A stretch of 64,000 nt of DNA, taken from NCBI GenBank assembly GCA_013115145.1, contig JAAPAO010000043.1, positions 1 through 64,000 of the forward strand, read 5' to 3'. The stretch comes from Perkinsus chesapeaki ATCC PRA-425 (lineage: Eukaryota; Protista; Perkinsozoa). The notes beneath the pieces were generated by a model, which was not told the DNA's origin, did no database searches, and saw only the letters and a program-made list of their open reading frames with translations. Of the stretch, positions 46,786-58,243 are shown piece after piece. Within the stretch, counting starts at the first letter, position 1. The number at the start of each line of letters is the position of its first letter. The position numbers were made by a program, and so were the translations under genes.

Positions 46786-48594
46786 CTACCCACAGATGGT
46801 CGCTTGGCAATCTGGATCGGTCAACCCTATCGGCGTGCAAACTTCAAACTGTCCACCAAGAATGAAACGTTCACAGACTTGGCGCCAGCTGCTCTTTTCG
46901 AAGACTCGAAGGTCGAAGTTGTCGTATCGTCTGAGGTAGTTCTGCATGATCTCGTACTTCTTCGACATGCCGGCGAAGTGCAGAACGAATCCAGTTGTGT
47001 TGAGGTCGGCTCGAGGTGTCTTGAAATTGATATCTACTTTGCGGGGATCCACAAATTTGATTGATGTGGTCCTTCGAGACCCGAAGGTCCCGGCGAGGCG
47101 TTCGAGTTCAGTAAGGACGCAATAGGTAAGATCGGCCACACTGTGAAGTAGACTTCTGAACGGCAATACTTCTGACAAGCACACGCTGGTGTATAAAGGA
47201 GAGACTTTCGACCGATCGGGACGGCTTTCGGGCAGCCTTTGAGATACCTCATCACTCACATAGTGGAGGACAGTCAGAGCCAAAGCGTCTTGGTCGGCAA
47301 ATGGCATGCCATAGACGGTTGCGTGACCCAACAAGATGTCCAGGAAATGTCGGCCATTGGGGCTGTTACGGACAATGGCGAGGCCACCGTTGAGCTCTGT
47401 CCGATCCGGGACATCTCTCAGCACCACATCGGCCCCTTCTATGAACTGATGCAAAGGAATGTCGTAACAGGCAAAACTAACAACCATATCGCCCGCATCA
47501 GCAACAATCACAGCGTCGAAGTGAGCGAGCCAACGATGCGCTGCCCGCCACTTCATCCATCCAACAGACGCGGGTTGAGCAACACTAACTTCTCGAGGCC
47601 GTCCTGAGGGTCCCATGACGAATCGGAGAGGCCATACCGCCCTAGGATACCTTACAGTATGCAGGGCATCGTAACCATCGTACTCCTCGGAATCGACAAC
47701 AACCTCATAGCCATGCCGGCTAGCATAGCACCGCCACATCCCTACAGCCGCTCGAGTGAGGGGCGACGCTTCAGTGTTGTAAGCCACCGAAAGGATCAGA
47801 CCAACCCGAGCAGCTTGTGGAACGGCTTTGGCGATACCAGACGAAGCAGAGAATCTCGGTCGCCGGAGCGCCCGCTGCTCCGACATGGCGCACCTTCTAG
47901 CGCGCTGCTCTCTCCACCAGTAGAATGCATACGACGATAAACCCGACCTTGGCATCTGTCGCCTAGACAGCGCCACACTGTCCAGGGCCATGGCCAGACC
48001 GGACGCCTGGCTGAAGTACAGCAGCTGAAGAGCATAGGAACACTTAGAACGAGAGAGACCTCCACGATGACTGTCTGGGCGCCACACGGAGTGCTGCCAC
48101 CGACGCAGGTACATGCTGGTGCAGAAGTCGAGAATTTCCAACCTCGCATGCGCGGCATTCCGGCCGACGTCCTCGCACACAGTAGGACTCAGTACACCGG
48201 CATCCTCCTTGGTGAACCACTTGGAAGCTAGGATGTCACACTGCCTGTCATAACGACCCTCCCGTAGAGGTGAACACACTAAAGGAAAGAGTTCTACGAT
48301 CCTAGGATGGAATGGCGGTGCAGTTAGAAATGACACCAAGTTGAAATCGGGCAGTCCAGCCTGCCGGATCTCGCCAGCCAGGTCTGCGAAGCCATCGATT
48401 GTAACGTTACAGCAGTGTTCTACTACAGACCGACCACGCATCGAAATGCAGTCCGATGGGCCGCCTTGGTACCGAGGGTCACAACAATGAGCCCGAAACT
48501 CCACATCGTACCAGGCATGTGCACACTCTTTGGCCAAAGGCGAAACGACTAGATACGAGACGGATAAAACTGTTCTTGCCAACCATTTGACCAT
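46786..48594 (-). CDS. Intronless GT34/MNN10-like glycosyltransferase with an N-terminal Cys-rich domain
   Basis: WRCYASRHGYEV; WMKWRAAHRWLAHFDAVIVADAGD; ELNGGLAIVRNSPNGRHFL; FADQDAL; FVLHFAG. Probable start MVKWLARTVLSVSYLVVS. Confidence 0.75.
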   Translation of the reverse strand: MVKWLARTVLSVSYLVVSPLAKECAHAWYDVEFRAHCCDPRYQGGPSDCISMRGRSVVEHCCNVTIDGFADLAGEIRQAGLPDFNLVSFLTAPPFHPRIVELFPLVCSPLREGRYDRQCDILASKWFTKEDAGVLSPTVCEDVGRNAAHARLEILDFCTSMYLRRWQHSVWRPDSHRGGLSRSKCSYALQLLYFSQASGLAMALDSVALSRRQMPRSGLSSYAFYWWREQRARRCAMSEQRALRRPRFSASSGIAKAVPQAARVGLILSVAYNTEASPLTRAAVGMWRCYASRHGYEVVVDSEEYDGYDALHTVRYPRAVWPLRFVMGPSGRPREVSVAQPASVGWMKWRAAHRWLAHFDAVIVADAGDMVVSFACYDIPLHQFIEGADVVLRDVPDRTELNGGLAIVRNSPNGRHFLDILLGHATVYGMPFADQDALALTVLHYVSDEVSQRLPESRPDRSKVSPLYTSVCLSEVLPFRSLLHSVADLTYCVLTELERLAGTFGSRRTTSIKFVDPRKVDINFKTPRADLNTTGFVLHFAGMSKKYEIMQNYLRRYDNFDLRVFEKSSWRQVCERFILGGQFEVCTPIGLTDPDCQATICG

Positions 48595-48762
48595 TAAATT
48601 GTTCCATGCCCTAACAGAAGCCGATAACCCAAACACTAACAACACAACTCCAAAAAGTGAATTCTTTCCAGCCAGTATTCCTAGCACCGTTGCAAGAGCC
48701 TCAGAGTGCGCCAAAAGAAACTATAGCTGCGGCAGCGACGTTCACGAAATAGAACTTCACGC

Positions 48763-49796
48763 TTACAACTGGATCTTGGCATCCTCGGACTCGGGAATGA
48801 TGTTACGGTCAACAGCGGTTCCCTCCTCGGCGGACTCGGTATGGAGCTCCATCAAGCGGGTGAGATCGAACTTCGGCTTCTTAAGGATCTTAACCTTGCG
48901 GATGTAGCAGTCCTTAAGAGGGTAGATAGAACGAGTCTGCTTCTCGATCTCGGCACCGATAGATTCGGTGACGAAACGCTTGACAAGGTCGCTCATGCGG
49001 CACTTGGAAGCCTCAGCGGACATGATCTCAACCATCCTGACATCACAGAAAATAACAGCAATCTATGGGTTCCCGATCATTACTTCTTGCGGATCCTGCG
49101 GATCTGGGCACCGCTGGCATAGCAGTTAGCCTTAACAGACTCCGGGCGCTTCTTAGTGAAAGCAATGGAGAAAAGACGGAGGATGTAACCATCGGTGGTC
49201 TTGACGTCAACGTGGGCCTCAATCAAAGTCTGCCACTTGCGGATGAGAGAGCAGAGCTTATCACGAGTGAAGTCCATGCCGTGGAAGTCGGTAAGAGCGT
49301 TGCGGCCCTGAACTTCCTGGATCTCCAACTTAACCTTACGGAAGGAGTGATCCTCGTTGGAGTTCAAGTCGGCAAGGTTGACTTCGCAGACGCGGCCCTT
49401 GAGAGCCTCAGAGGCAATCTAAAAGCAACGCAAAAATCAAACAACGAACATAGGCTAATGATAAAGTGCGTGTAGGAGAAGAATGCAAGAAAACAGCAGG
49501 GGTTGAATATTACCTTGGTACCGGTGGTCTTGGTGACCAAAGTCTTACCGGCCTCGCGGACGGAGAACATAGTGGGGGCCTTAACCGAGTACCACTCCTT
49601 CTTGAGGAAGGGATCTCCCCTACAGAAAATACAATAATAAATCAAACGATAAGAACAGCAATCAAGGATATAACTTTAGAAATAAACCGACAAGAGATGT
49701 GTATCTGGCTTAGCCTCTCACTAGTGTCCCTTATTACACCTTCTTCTTGCCTCCCTTCTTTCCCTTGGTGAGTCTCTTGTTCTTGCCAACGGCCAT
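48763..49796 (-). CDS. RPS3A: 40S ribosomal protein S3a (eS1), 4 exons
   Basis: [19 protein letters not shown]; [14 protein letters not shown]; [13 protein letters not shown]; [31 protein letters not shown]; [21 protein letters not shown]. Confidence 0.98.
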
Positions 49797-50334
49797 GGTG
49801 CTGGTGTACGGGGTGGCTTCACTTCCTCGGCGCGAACTCTTAATCGATCACTTGATCGATTTTAACAGAGCGCGGGCGGAGCGACGGCGCAATTTTTCAC
49901 CTGCAGTTGGGCCTAGCTTTCCTTCCTGGTACGCTAACATTACTCATTCATACCATCGCTCAACCGTACAGAAACGCCACAGAGATTTACAGATGCTCAT
50001 ATAGCTAACGTTTGAATTGCTTCTCGGTTTCTTTACTGTCTGAGAGTCCTTCTAATCAACCCTAATCAGAATTCACTCATGAGCCTCAGTCACGGTTTTC
50101 ATATCAGCAATGGTTTCGATCAGCAATTGTGTATTATTCTGGCAGAGGTGTTCTTAAACCTTTTGCCTGTGTCGAAGCTACCCAGCAGTAAGGGTTGTTG
50201 TTGTCGATGGTTTAAGCGGTTTGGTACTCTCCAATGACTAACTCAAGTATCATCTAGTAAGAGAATATACTAATAGGACCCTTCGCAACGATAACATCAA
50301 CAACACTTTGTTTCTATCATCTCTCCTTTCTTCT

Positions 50335-51389
50335 TTATCGTCGATCTCCACCATCTCTGCCGCTTCCACGATTGTAGCCACGATCAGTCGAGTAGCGTCG
50401 ATAATCTTGACGGGAATCAGAACGTCTTCTGTAGTAGTCCGAGGAGGAACGCCTATGGTGTTAAGACCGCAACAGTAATTTACCTAGTGGTCAAACAGTG
50501 CATCTAATACGGTCACGCTGTACCTGTTCCTGTACCTGCTACCCTACACCTATCTAATCCCGATCCCCCGAACCCCCAACACACCACCACCAGCACGATA
50601 ACCCTCACCTGTCGTCTCTTCTGCTGCGGTCTCTCGAGTAGGAGCGGCTCCTACTTCTCCGGTCACGAGAGCGATGTCGGCGACTACGGTCTCCATCATA
50701 GCTTCGGCTTCTACTCTTCTTGTCACCCGAATACGATCGAGACCGTGAGCGTGACGATGACGACGAAGAGCTGTAACCATACCTGACAGGCTTCGTTGAA
50801 CCTCCACTCCCGTGCCCGAAACGCGCTCACTTCGCCCTCCGACGCTCCCTGCTTCTACTGCGGCTCGACAGGGCTCCGTAACTTCTCCGTTTTCCATTCC
50901 TATTACCATTTAAGTGCGGCCCCCCCGAGGTACAAAGATTCCAGTACCTATTGTATCCACCACGCTCCCTTGCCGCATATGCCGAGCTGCTGCTCGCTTG
51001 TCCACGAGACCGATACTCTGCCTTCAGCGGTATGCCATTGAGAACGACCTGATAGCAGCGGCCGCTGACCGGGGAGGGCCAAAAGACGGTACCTCTCCGC
51101 TATCACAGGCGGCCAGTGCAGCCTGGGCGCTCTCCGAACGCTCGTAACGAATGTAGGCGGCCATCTCATTACGCTTGTCGACAGGCGGCAACCAGCAAAC
51201 TGTGATCTGATCCAACAGGAGTACAGCAGATCGGTGGTCCGATAACGATCTTACATCACCGTATTTTTGGAACACCTGTTTGAGGCCTATCCTGTTGGCT
51301 GCCGGCGTCAAACCGGCTACGATGTCGATGGCGTTCTGTTGGGCATCACGTGGCGCCTCCCGACCGAGGCCTGGACGATACACGGCCAT
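50335..51389 (-). CDS. SR-like splicing factor (N-terminal RRM plus RS domain)
   Basis: IVAGLTPAANRIGLKQVFQKYGD..AAYIRYERSESAQAALAA (RRM); spliced RS tract SRSRSRSYSGDKKSRSRSYDGDRSRRHRSRDRRSRSRSYSRDRS. Confidence 0.75.
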
Positions 51390-51482
51390 ACTGAGAAAAT
51401 GTGGCGGAGGTAGCAGGAACTGCTCGAATCGATACGAACCACCAAAACGCGACATGAAATAAGCGAGACCAACAACAACTCA

Positions 51483-53233
51483 TCACACAGGACGTGACGG
51501 ACGCATGACCCCCTCCGGTCTCGGCCCCGAGTCCCGAAGGGAGCTCCGGAGGACCCCTGGTGGGCGACGAAACCGTGGCTTCTTGTAGCCACTGGACATC
51601 GACCAGGACCACGAGTAGGACGTAACAAAGCCCTCCCTCGATCCTCCTTCATCGTCGCTCAATGGCGAGGACTCAGACAGCACATCCACTACCGGTCTGG
51701 TATCATGGCGCTCTGGCAGGGAAGATACCGACGGTGGGGATCCAATTGTTGGCATTTGATAATAGGCTGACCCTCCTCCTCGCTGCAAGCCCATCGACCT
51801 AGCGCAGTGGGACTCCTGTGCGACCCGGCACCTGCTGAAGAGCAAAGACTACTACTTCACCGTGGAGACCTCCATTTACTCTGAAATGCCATCAAGCCTC
51901 TCGCGGAAGGCTTTGAGCTGTTTGTCTACTTCGAGATGGACCTCTTCATCCCCACGGGGCATCTCCGACCGATTCTTCCGCTCCAGCTCGTCCTCCAACT
52001 TCGCTACAGCCGCCTCCAGCAGCTCGATGTACTCCTTATGATGGCGTCGCTCGCCCAGTAGTCTGTTCAGGCTTGAAGAGAGTTCACCTCCTAACGGCTC
52101 TGATGCTTCGCTCCGCCGTAGAAGCCTGATAAAAGCGTCATCCTCGACGACACCCTAGACTGAATGACGATGCGAATGTGCCCCTCATGTCGGCATTTCT
52201 TCGAACCAATTGAAACTCCAATGAATACCACCAAATATGTTGCTACGGTGGAATTCTTGTACCACCCTCCAGCCCAGTTTGCCATACACCTCGCTCTCCC
52301 TCCTGGAGACACTCAAGCTGTTCGCCGCCGACACCTCCATCTCTCGGAGTTCCCTCCTCAGCCTTGACATCTCCTCCTCCGCCTCCGCCAGCTTCCTCAT
52401 CAGATTTTCCTGCCAACCTGTTATGGCGGCCCAATAAGTAATCACCGACCTTCTCCCGCTCCACTTCCCCCAAAGCGGCTTTCTCCAGTCTAGCCGCTTC
52501 TACAGCTTTCCGCATGACTCCGCCTTCGCTGTCTAAATTGAATATCCCAGCGTCCAACCTACCGCTCCCACCGCCAAGAGCCTCGGCCAGCAACGTCAGC
52601 GTGTCCACAGGGTCGCCCTTCGCCTCCTCGACTACTCGTAAAACCCCCGCGACCTTCTCCTCAGCACTCTGCCTTCTCACCCGTTCCACCTGTAATACAA
52701 CCGAAGCAGTCCCGACAGAGGCGAAGCTTCCCGACCCTCAGCTGGCGGGTCGTAGAGCCCAGTCGAGCCACCAGGCGTTCCCGGTCACTTGTCTGTTTAT
52801 TCAACTCGGCTTGGGTGTCCGCCAGCTTACAATTGAGAGTTAGTCGCTCTGCGTTCAAGGCTACCGAGACGGTCTCGATCACGTAAGTATCCAGTGCTCA
52901 CCCTCAATACGCTCGGCAGCAGCTGATCCAGGGGACGTGCAGACAACGGCGGTCGTCCTCCTCCTTGGAGTCAGTCTGCAGGACCGGGCTGACAGGAGGG
53001 GGGCCGAGCGATGCTATCGAAGAAAAACACCGATAAGACATATCCGCTATTTTCTGTACCGTTGGCTTTCCCGCTTTATCACGTGCCTCCTCCACCACAC
53101 CGCAGTCCCCCAGCAACTGGCGCTGCCTCAGTTTAGTCCTGGTCTGGGCCTCCACGAGACGTCGCTCCAGCTGAGCCACCTCTGCGTCCAGACATGCAGC
53201 AGATGAAGCGTAGTGCCGTGAGACCATGGGCAT
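51483..53233 (-). CDS. Multi-exon coiled-coil hypothetical protein
   Basis: Same-strand heptad-rich segments: LDAEVAQLERRLVEAQ; LADTQAELNKQ; LMRKLAEAEEEMSRLRRELREME; LLEAAVAKLEDELERK. Confidence 0.5.
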
Positions 53234-53723
53234 GCAAATAACTGGAATAATGATTTCGGTAGGAGCCCCCCTCAGAACTCAAGCGGCGGGAGGCTGCGAG
53301 AACCACGAAAGATGCCACGGATCGAGGGCTTGTCTGGACCAACAGACAATTGTACAATGGAAGAAGATATATTAGGAATCAGCAGCACGGAGGCGAGGTG
53401 GCTTGTGAGGGTCGCGTCAGAGAACTAGATTCGATACCTGAGAGATAAAGGTGGGGAATGAGTGGCGCAGCCGGGGATGGAACCGGGGGACCACACGGAA
53501 GGACAGCACGAGCCTTAACGGACTGAGCTATCCCACCTCGTCCTCCTCCGCGAATGTCCTCCATGGAGTATTACACCTCATTATGTCGACCCAATCACGC
53601 GGCGGATGACAAACGAATTTCAGCAGATTCTGTCTTCGACAATATTGCAAAATAAAGTACCTGAAATCGGACAGACCATCCAAACTGAACGCCTCAAGCC
53701 ACGAGGCCATCTCGCCAGGCGTG

Positions 53724-55934
53724 CTACTCGGGGATCGAATCTAATGAGGGGGATAGAACGAGAATTCGACTAGATTGATCTGCTATTAAAGCGAACGAAG
53801 ACATCAGGAAGAATCCTTTTGTGAACATATAATGTTCCTCTGTGATGCCACCAACCCAAACCGAATAAGAGTAAACCTTCCAATACGACCGAGAAGAAAT
53901 GATTCCCCCAAGACTTACAGGATGTTCCCCACCACCACAGCTCCCACTGTAAAGGCAATCACGGTCCATTCTCCATTAACAAATGGAGCCCCCAGGATGA
54001 AACAGATGAACACTGATGGTGGCAGAAGGAGAATAGTACACCCCCAGAAGCCCATAGGGATCGTATAAGGCCGCCAGATACTCGGGTTCATATACCGCAG
54101 GTAGAGGAACGCCGAGAACTCGAGGAGCTCGGCCAGGCAATACCTGAGATCATTCGATTGGCTTCCAAAGCCGAAAGATCCGATTTCCGCGATCAGGCAA
54201 CGAAATAAGGAGGCTTTCCGGAGCCGAGCTTTAACGGCTCCTCCACACAAGTGCTGCTAAGCATTCAGGTATACACCAAAATGGTTCCCATGACCCCCCC
54301 AAAACCGCTTACACACAGTTGAGCAGCTCCACTATGTCCAGGAAGTCCAAGGTGGTGAGACAGAGTATCACACAGAGCTGGAGGCATATCGCGAATGTAG
54401 GGGTCTCGTGCTTATTACGGTAAGCCAGCTTCTCAGGAAGCCACCCATGCTCGGCCATCGCCTAATAATAAATATTAACTTCGGATGCATTTTACAGAGT
54501 TACCTGAATCTGATACGAGTCCGAAGACATCTCCGCATGGTACTGGCCTATATTAGACACGACTGCCGCCAGGACCACCCACCCTCCCAGAAACCCTCCA
54601 CCGACGTCATAGGCGACCTACGAGATCACTAAACGGTCATACAGGTAGCTCACGCTTTACCTTGCCGAGGAAGCCGGCCTGCCAGGAATCGAAGGCTTTA
54701 TCTCCCTCGAGGGCAAATGAACCATCAACACCTGTGGCGATCCCTAAGGGCAATATATACCCGAGACAGGTGAGGCACAGTGCTAGCAACAATGCCTTAG
54801 GCATCGCCGACCGAGCGTTCTCAACCTGGATGCAGACGTGATGGGTCGACGGATGATCGAGAGCTTACTTCTCCAGCCAGAGTCGATACCGAGTCCCAAT
54901 AGTTTAAGTTCCAAAACAGCACATTGAGCCACTTGGTCCATTCCATATCGTGACGTCTAAGCAGCCAGTTGGAGGGGTCCACTTCAGGCACAGCCATAAT
55001 GATGAAGACGATAAAGGGGGATAGAACGAAACACATCATCACCACAGCCAACCACCCAACAACCTGAGGACCCCGATATCTCTCCATACCGTAATCCCCG
55101 TAATACCTTTAAGCCTCTGTAATTGACATAGGTCAGACATAGTGTTAAAACCACAAGGACGACGTTATTGTACCTGTTCCACAATATTCCTCCCAATCCC
55201 AACCCGACCTTCTACTACAGTTTTTCGTTTAGTACAGGGAACGCTACAGCCAAATAGGTCATTAATAGGTGAGGGTAGATAGCATTATCAGTGGCCCCGG
55301 ATAACCACGACCAAAAACCCTCCTGGAATCCCCAGTAGGGCCCGAAGGCTGCTGTCACCCACGAGACATATCTGGCACACTAAACTGCTCGACTGGGACA
55401 GAAGACAACTTACCCGCAGTTGCTCGGGAAGGTGCTGCTCATCTCAGCTGTGACAAGGGCCTCAGGTAGGCACCAAATGAAAGGAAAAATGAGGAACCCA
55501 AGCAGTGCCCAGAAGGGCCCACCTGCCGCTACCGCATCCTCAGTACCAAAGGGGCCACCTGAAGGGATATAACCCAGCCGTCTATTCCCAGTCAACAAGG
55601 TAAAGTAAGTGTAATGCACCGTTCGGAATGAAATTTGATTTCCGTGAAGAGGGATGGGATACTTACCCGAGACGGAGTAGAATATAATGGCCACAGCGCC
55701 CCAAAGGGTAAGAGGCTTCTTCCTCCCCTGCGGCTTAATCATATAGCTCACTGAGGGGGATGTAGGATGCACATTGAGCGGGCTTCGGATCTCCGATTCC
55801 TCTGCCAATATTGCCTGAGTCTCCGCAGCGTCACGTGACATGCTGCGGGCCCTCGGGCCTCCAGATAAGGCCCGATACGATTGCGAACGAGGCCCTTCTA
55901 TGCCGGCGCCCGTGTGGTCTTCCGTATAAACCAT
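53724..55934 (-). CDS. APC-superfamily transporter, plant PUT/LAT (RMV1-like) polyamine transporter type
   Basis: [18 protein letters not shown]|[14 protein letters not shown]; [25 protein letters not shown]|[25 protein letters not shown]; [21 protein letters not shown]; [22 protein letters not shown]. Confidence 0.9.
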
Positions 55935-56339
55935 TACCCTTTATGAGAATGTGTGATGATGTCGGGTGGTGATGCGGTTCCTGTGCTAGTGTGTTGGGTC
56001 AAAGAAACAATGACGCTCGCCAAACCAAGGGAAAGAAGAGGGCCATGAAACTAACCACGCATCGACATAAGATACCTCTCTACCACAGAAGCAGATACTT
56101 TTAATTCACTATGCTACTCGCACCATGCAATGTTCAATCAACCATGATATCGATCCTCCCGGTCACCACTGAAAAAGCCGAACGTCGAAAGGTGGACAAA
56201 TTTAAACTAGAAGGCTGTCCACTTGTGGCACTAAGAGTTCAATGACAATCTCAATTCGGGACCATTGGCACCTACTGGTGCTCTGAATCCACATAATGCA
56301 TTTTGATTTCTTGTGGAGAATTGATCACGTTGAGAAGTA

Positions 56340-57349
56340 GCAAGAGTGCAAGATTTACTTCGGCTGGGTGCTACTGATTTCACCGGCCTGTCGAGGCAGC
56401 AATTTCCTTCGGACCTTCAGGCCAGGCAGATGGCATCATGTACATGTCTCCTTCTCACTTAAACTGACCTGGGCCTCGACTTTCCAAAACGGCCATGTGT
56501 GCCTCCGTCAGCTGAAGTTTGGTGCGTAGTTCAGCCAACACGGTTGGCCTAACCCCCGAGAAAATATTGGGGGATGATAGTGAAAATCCGACTACATTTC
56601 CACTATACGGGAACGCTCACGACAGAGAAATACCAAGCAACTTGGTACTAGCAGCATGGGTATAGCTGTTTCAAAAACTGGACCATGTCCACCAGCGTGG
56701 CAGCGTTCGGCGATTGTGTTCATGGACCCCTACATTCTCGAAATTGACAGACACCTTCTAAAGCTCCAATCCATCCAGAGTCGGGCACTCCGACTCGGGC
56801 GAACCGAAGAGGTAAACCTTGAGTGGGCGCGATCTAGCTTTCATAGCTAGCATGGGTAGCTCTGAGCCTTCATTCTTCCGTCCGGACGGAACGCACATCC
56901 ATCATGAACATTCCTGGAAGAATAATGCCCGCGCTGTTCGTCATTATGCGGTCGGTGTTTTCGCACCATGCTGGAAATTCGGCTGAAAAGAAATCGGCAT
57001 CGATACCGACAGAAGCGAGAATTATTTCCTGCCAGACCTCGCAATGGGACCAACCCCAATCCGGAGCAAAACCGTGCGAGCCACCAATCAAGCGGTAGCG
57101 ACACATTAACAACCGACGAAACTTCATTGTGCTAGGAAATCCCCCGCGAGTCACCAGTGTGATGATGAATGTGCCGCGGAAGTATGGCGTCCGGTAGTGG
57201 CAGAGCTGCGCAGTTGAGTTCATTGCCTGGGCGCCTATCACATCCTTCACTGGGGCTCCAAATTTAGGAGAACTCAAGGCTCGTGATAAGCATCGCGCTG
57301 CTATAGAAGCCGATAACCGAAGACTGCTGCTGGATCTGACTACCATCAC
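56340..57349 (-). CDS. Hypothetical protein
   Basis: 159-aa ORF plus downstream spliceable segments (VLAELRTKLQLTEAHMAVLES). No family recognised. Confidence 0.3.
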
Positions 57350-57361
57350 TGAAGCCTACGA

Positions 57362-58243
57362 TCAGCTCCAGCATGCCGTAGGCCTCTCCTTTGCTGCGAG
57401 AAGAGACAGTTCGCAGGTCAGGAGGACTACGCAGGCAGCGGACACGTCGATAGCGATATGGCGGAGGAGAGCCGAACAGGCGGAAAAGAATTTAGAGAAA
57501 TGCGAACACGAAAAGTTACGATTTGACGATAAGGTGGACCGCCGCGCACTTCGCTGATGCATAAATAAGTACGCCTTCCCAACCAAGATACGCAGCCTGC
57601 AACAGCGCTCAGCGGTTAGAGAGATGAGCTTGAGTGTAAAGGACACATGTTCAATGGGGAATGCTGATAAGCTGCGCCGCAAGGTCAGATACTCTGTAAC
57701 GGACATGCAAAGATCGGACAATGCGTTCCTTATTGTTGGTGATGGTCTGTCGCGGTTGGTGTGAACCGGGCCTCAGTATTCTACCGAACAGCATGAGCGG
57801 TGCTCGATCATCTGGGGCCGCCTCCCTCCGTGAAGGACATCTGACACAATGCTTGAGATGGCCTGTGATTTCCCGGCCATGATAGACCGGCCGTAATCAT
57901 GGCCAGTGGCCATGGCCATGGCCACAGTTCTCTTGACCTGAGTCTATGGTTCATGTGCAAGTTGCACAGTGCAACACACGGCACTCCCAGGTAAGAGAGC
58001 TAGAGGAAGAGAACGAGGCGCTACATGAGCAGAAGGAGGCCTTGGAAGGAACATACCGCCGAGCTTCAGCCTCCATTAAAAAGTAAACCCCAGTGGAAAT
58101 GTAGGTAGCGTATTTTGTAGGTTGGAAGCGCAGCGGAGGAAGGATGCTACAGAACTGGAGAGATTGCGAAATGAGAACCTTACTATGCGAGAGAGTTTAG
58201 TACTGAAACGTTGTGAAGATGATATCAGAAGTCAGCATGGGTG
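57362..58243 (+). CDS. Coiled-coil hypothetical protein (partial model)
   Basis: WRRRAEQAEKNLEKCEHEK; RELEEENEALHEQKEALEG; LEAQRRKDATELERLRNENL, with GT-AG gaps between them. Confidence 0.35.
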
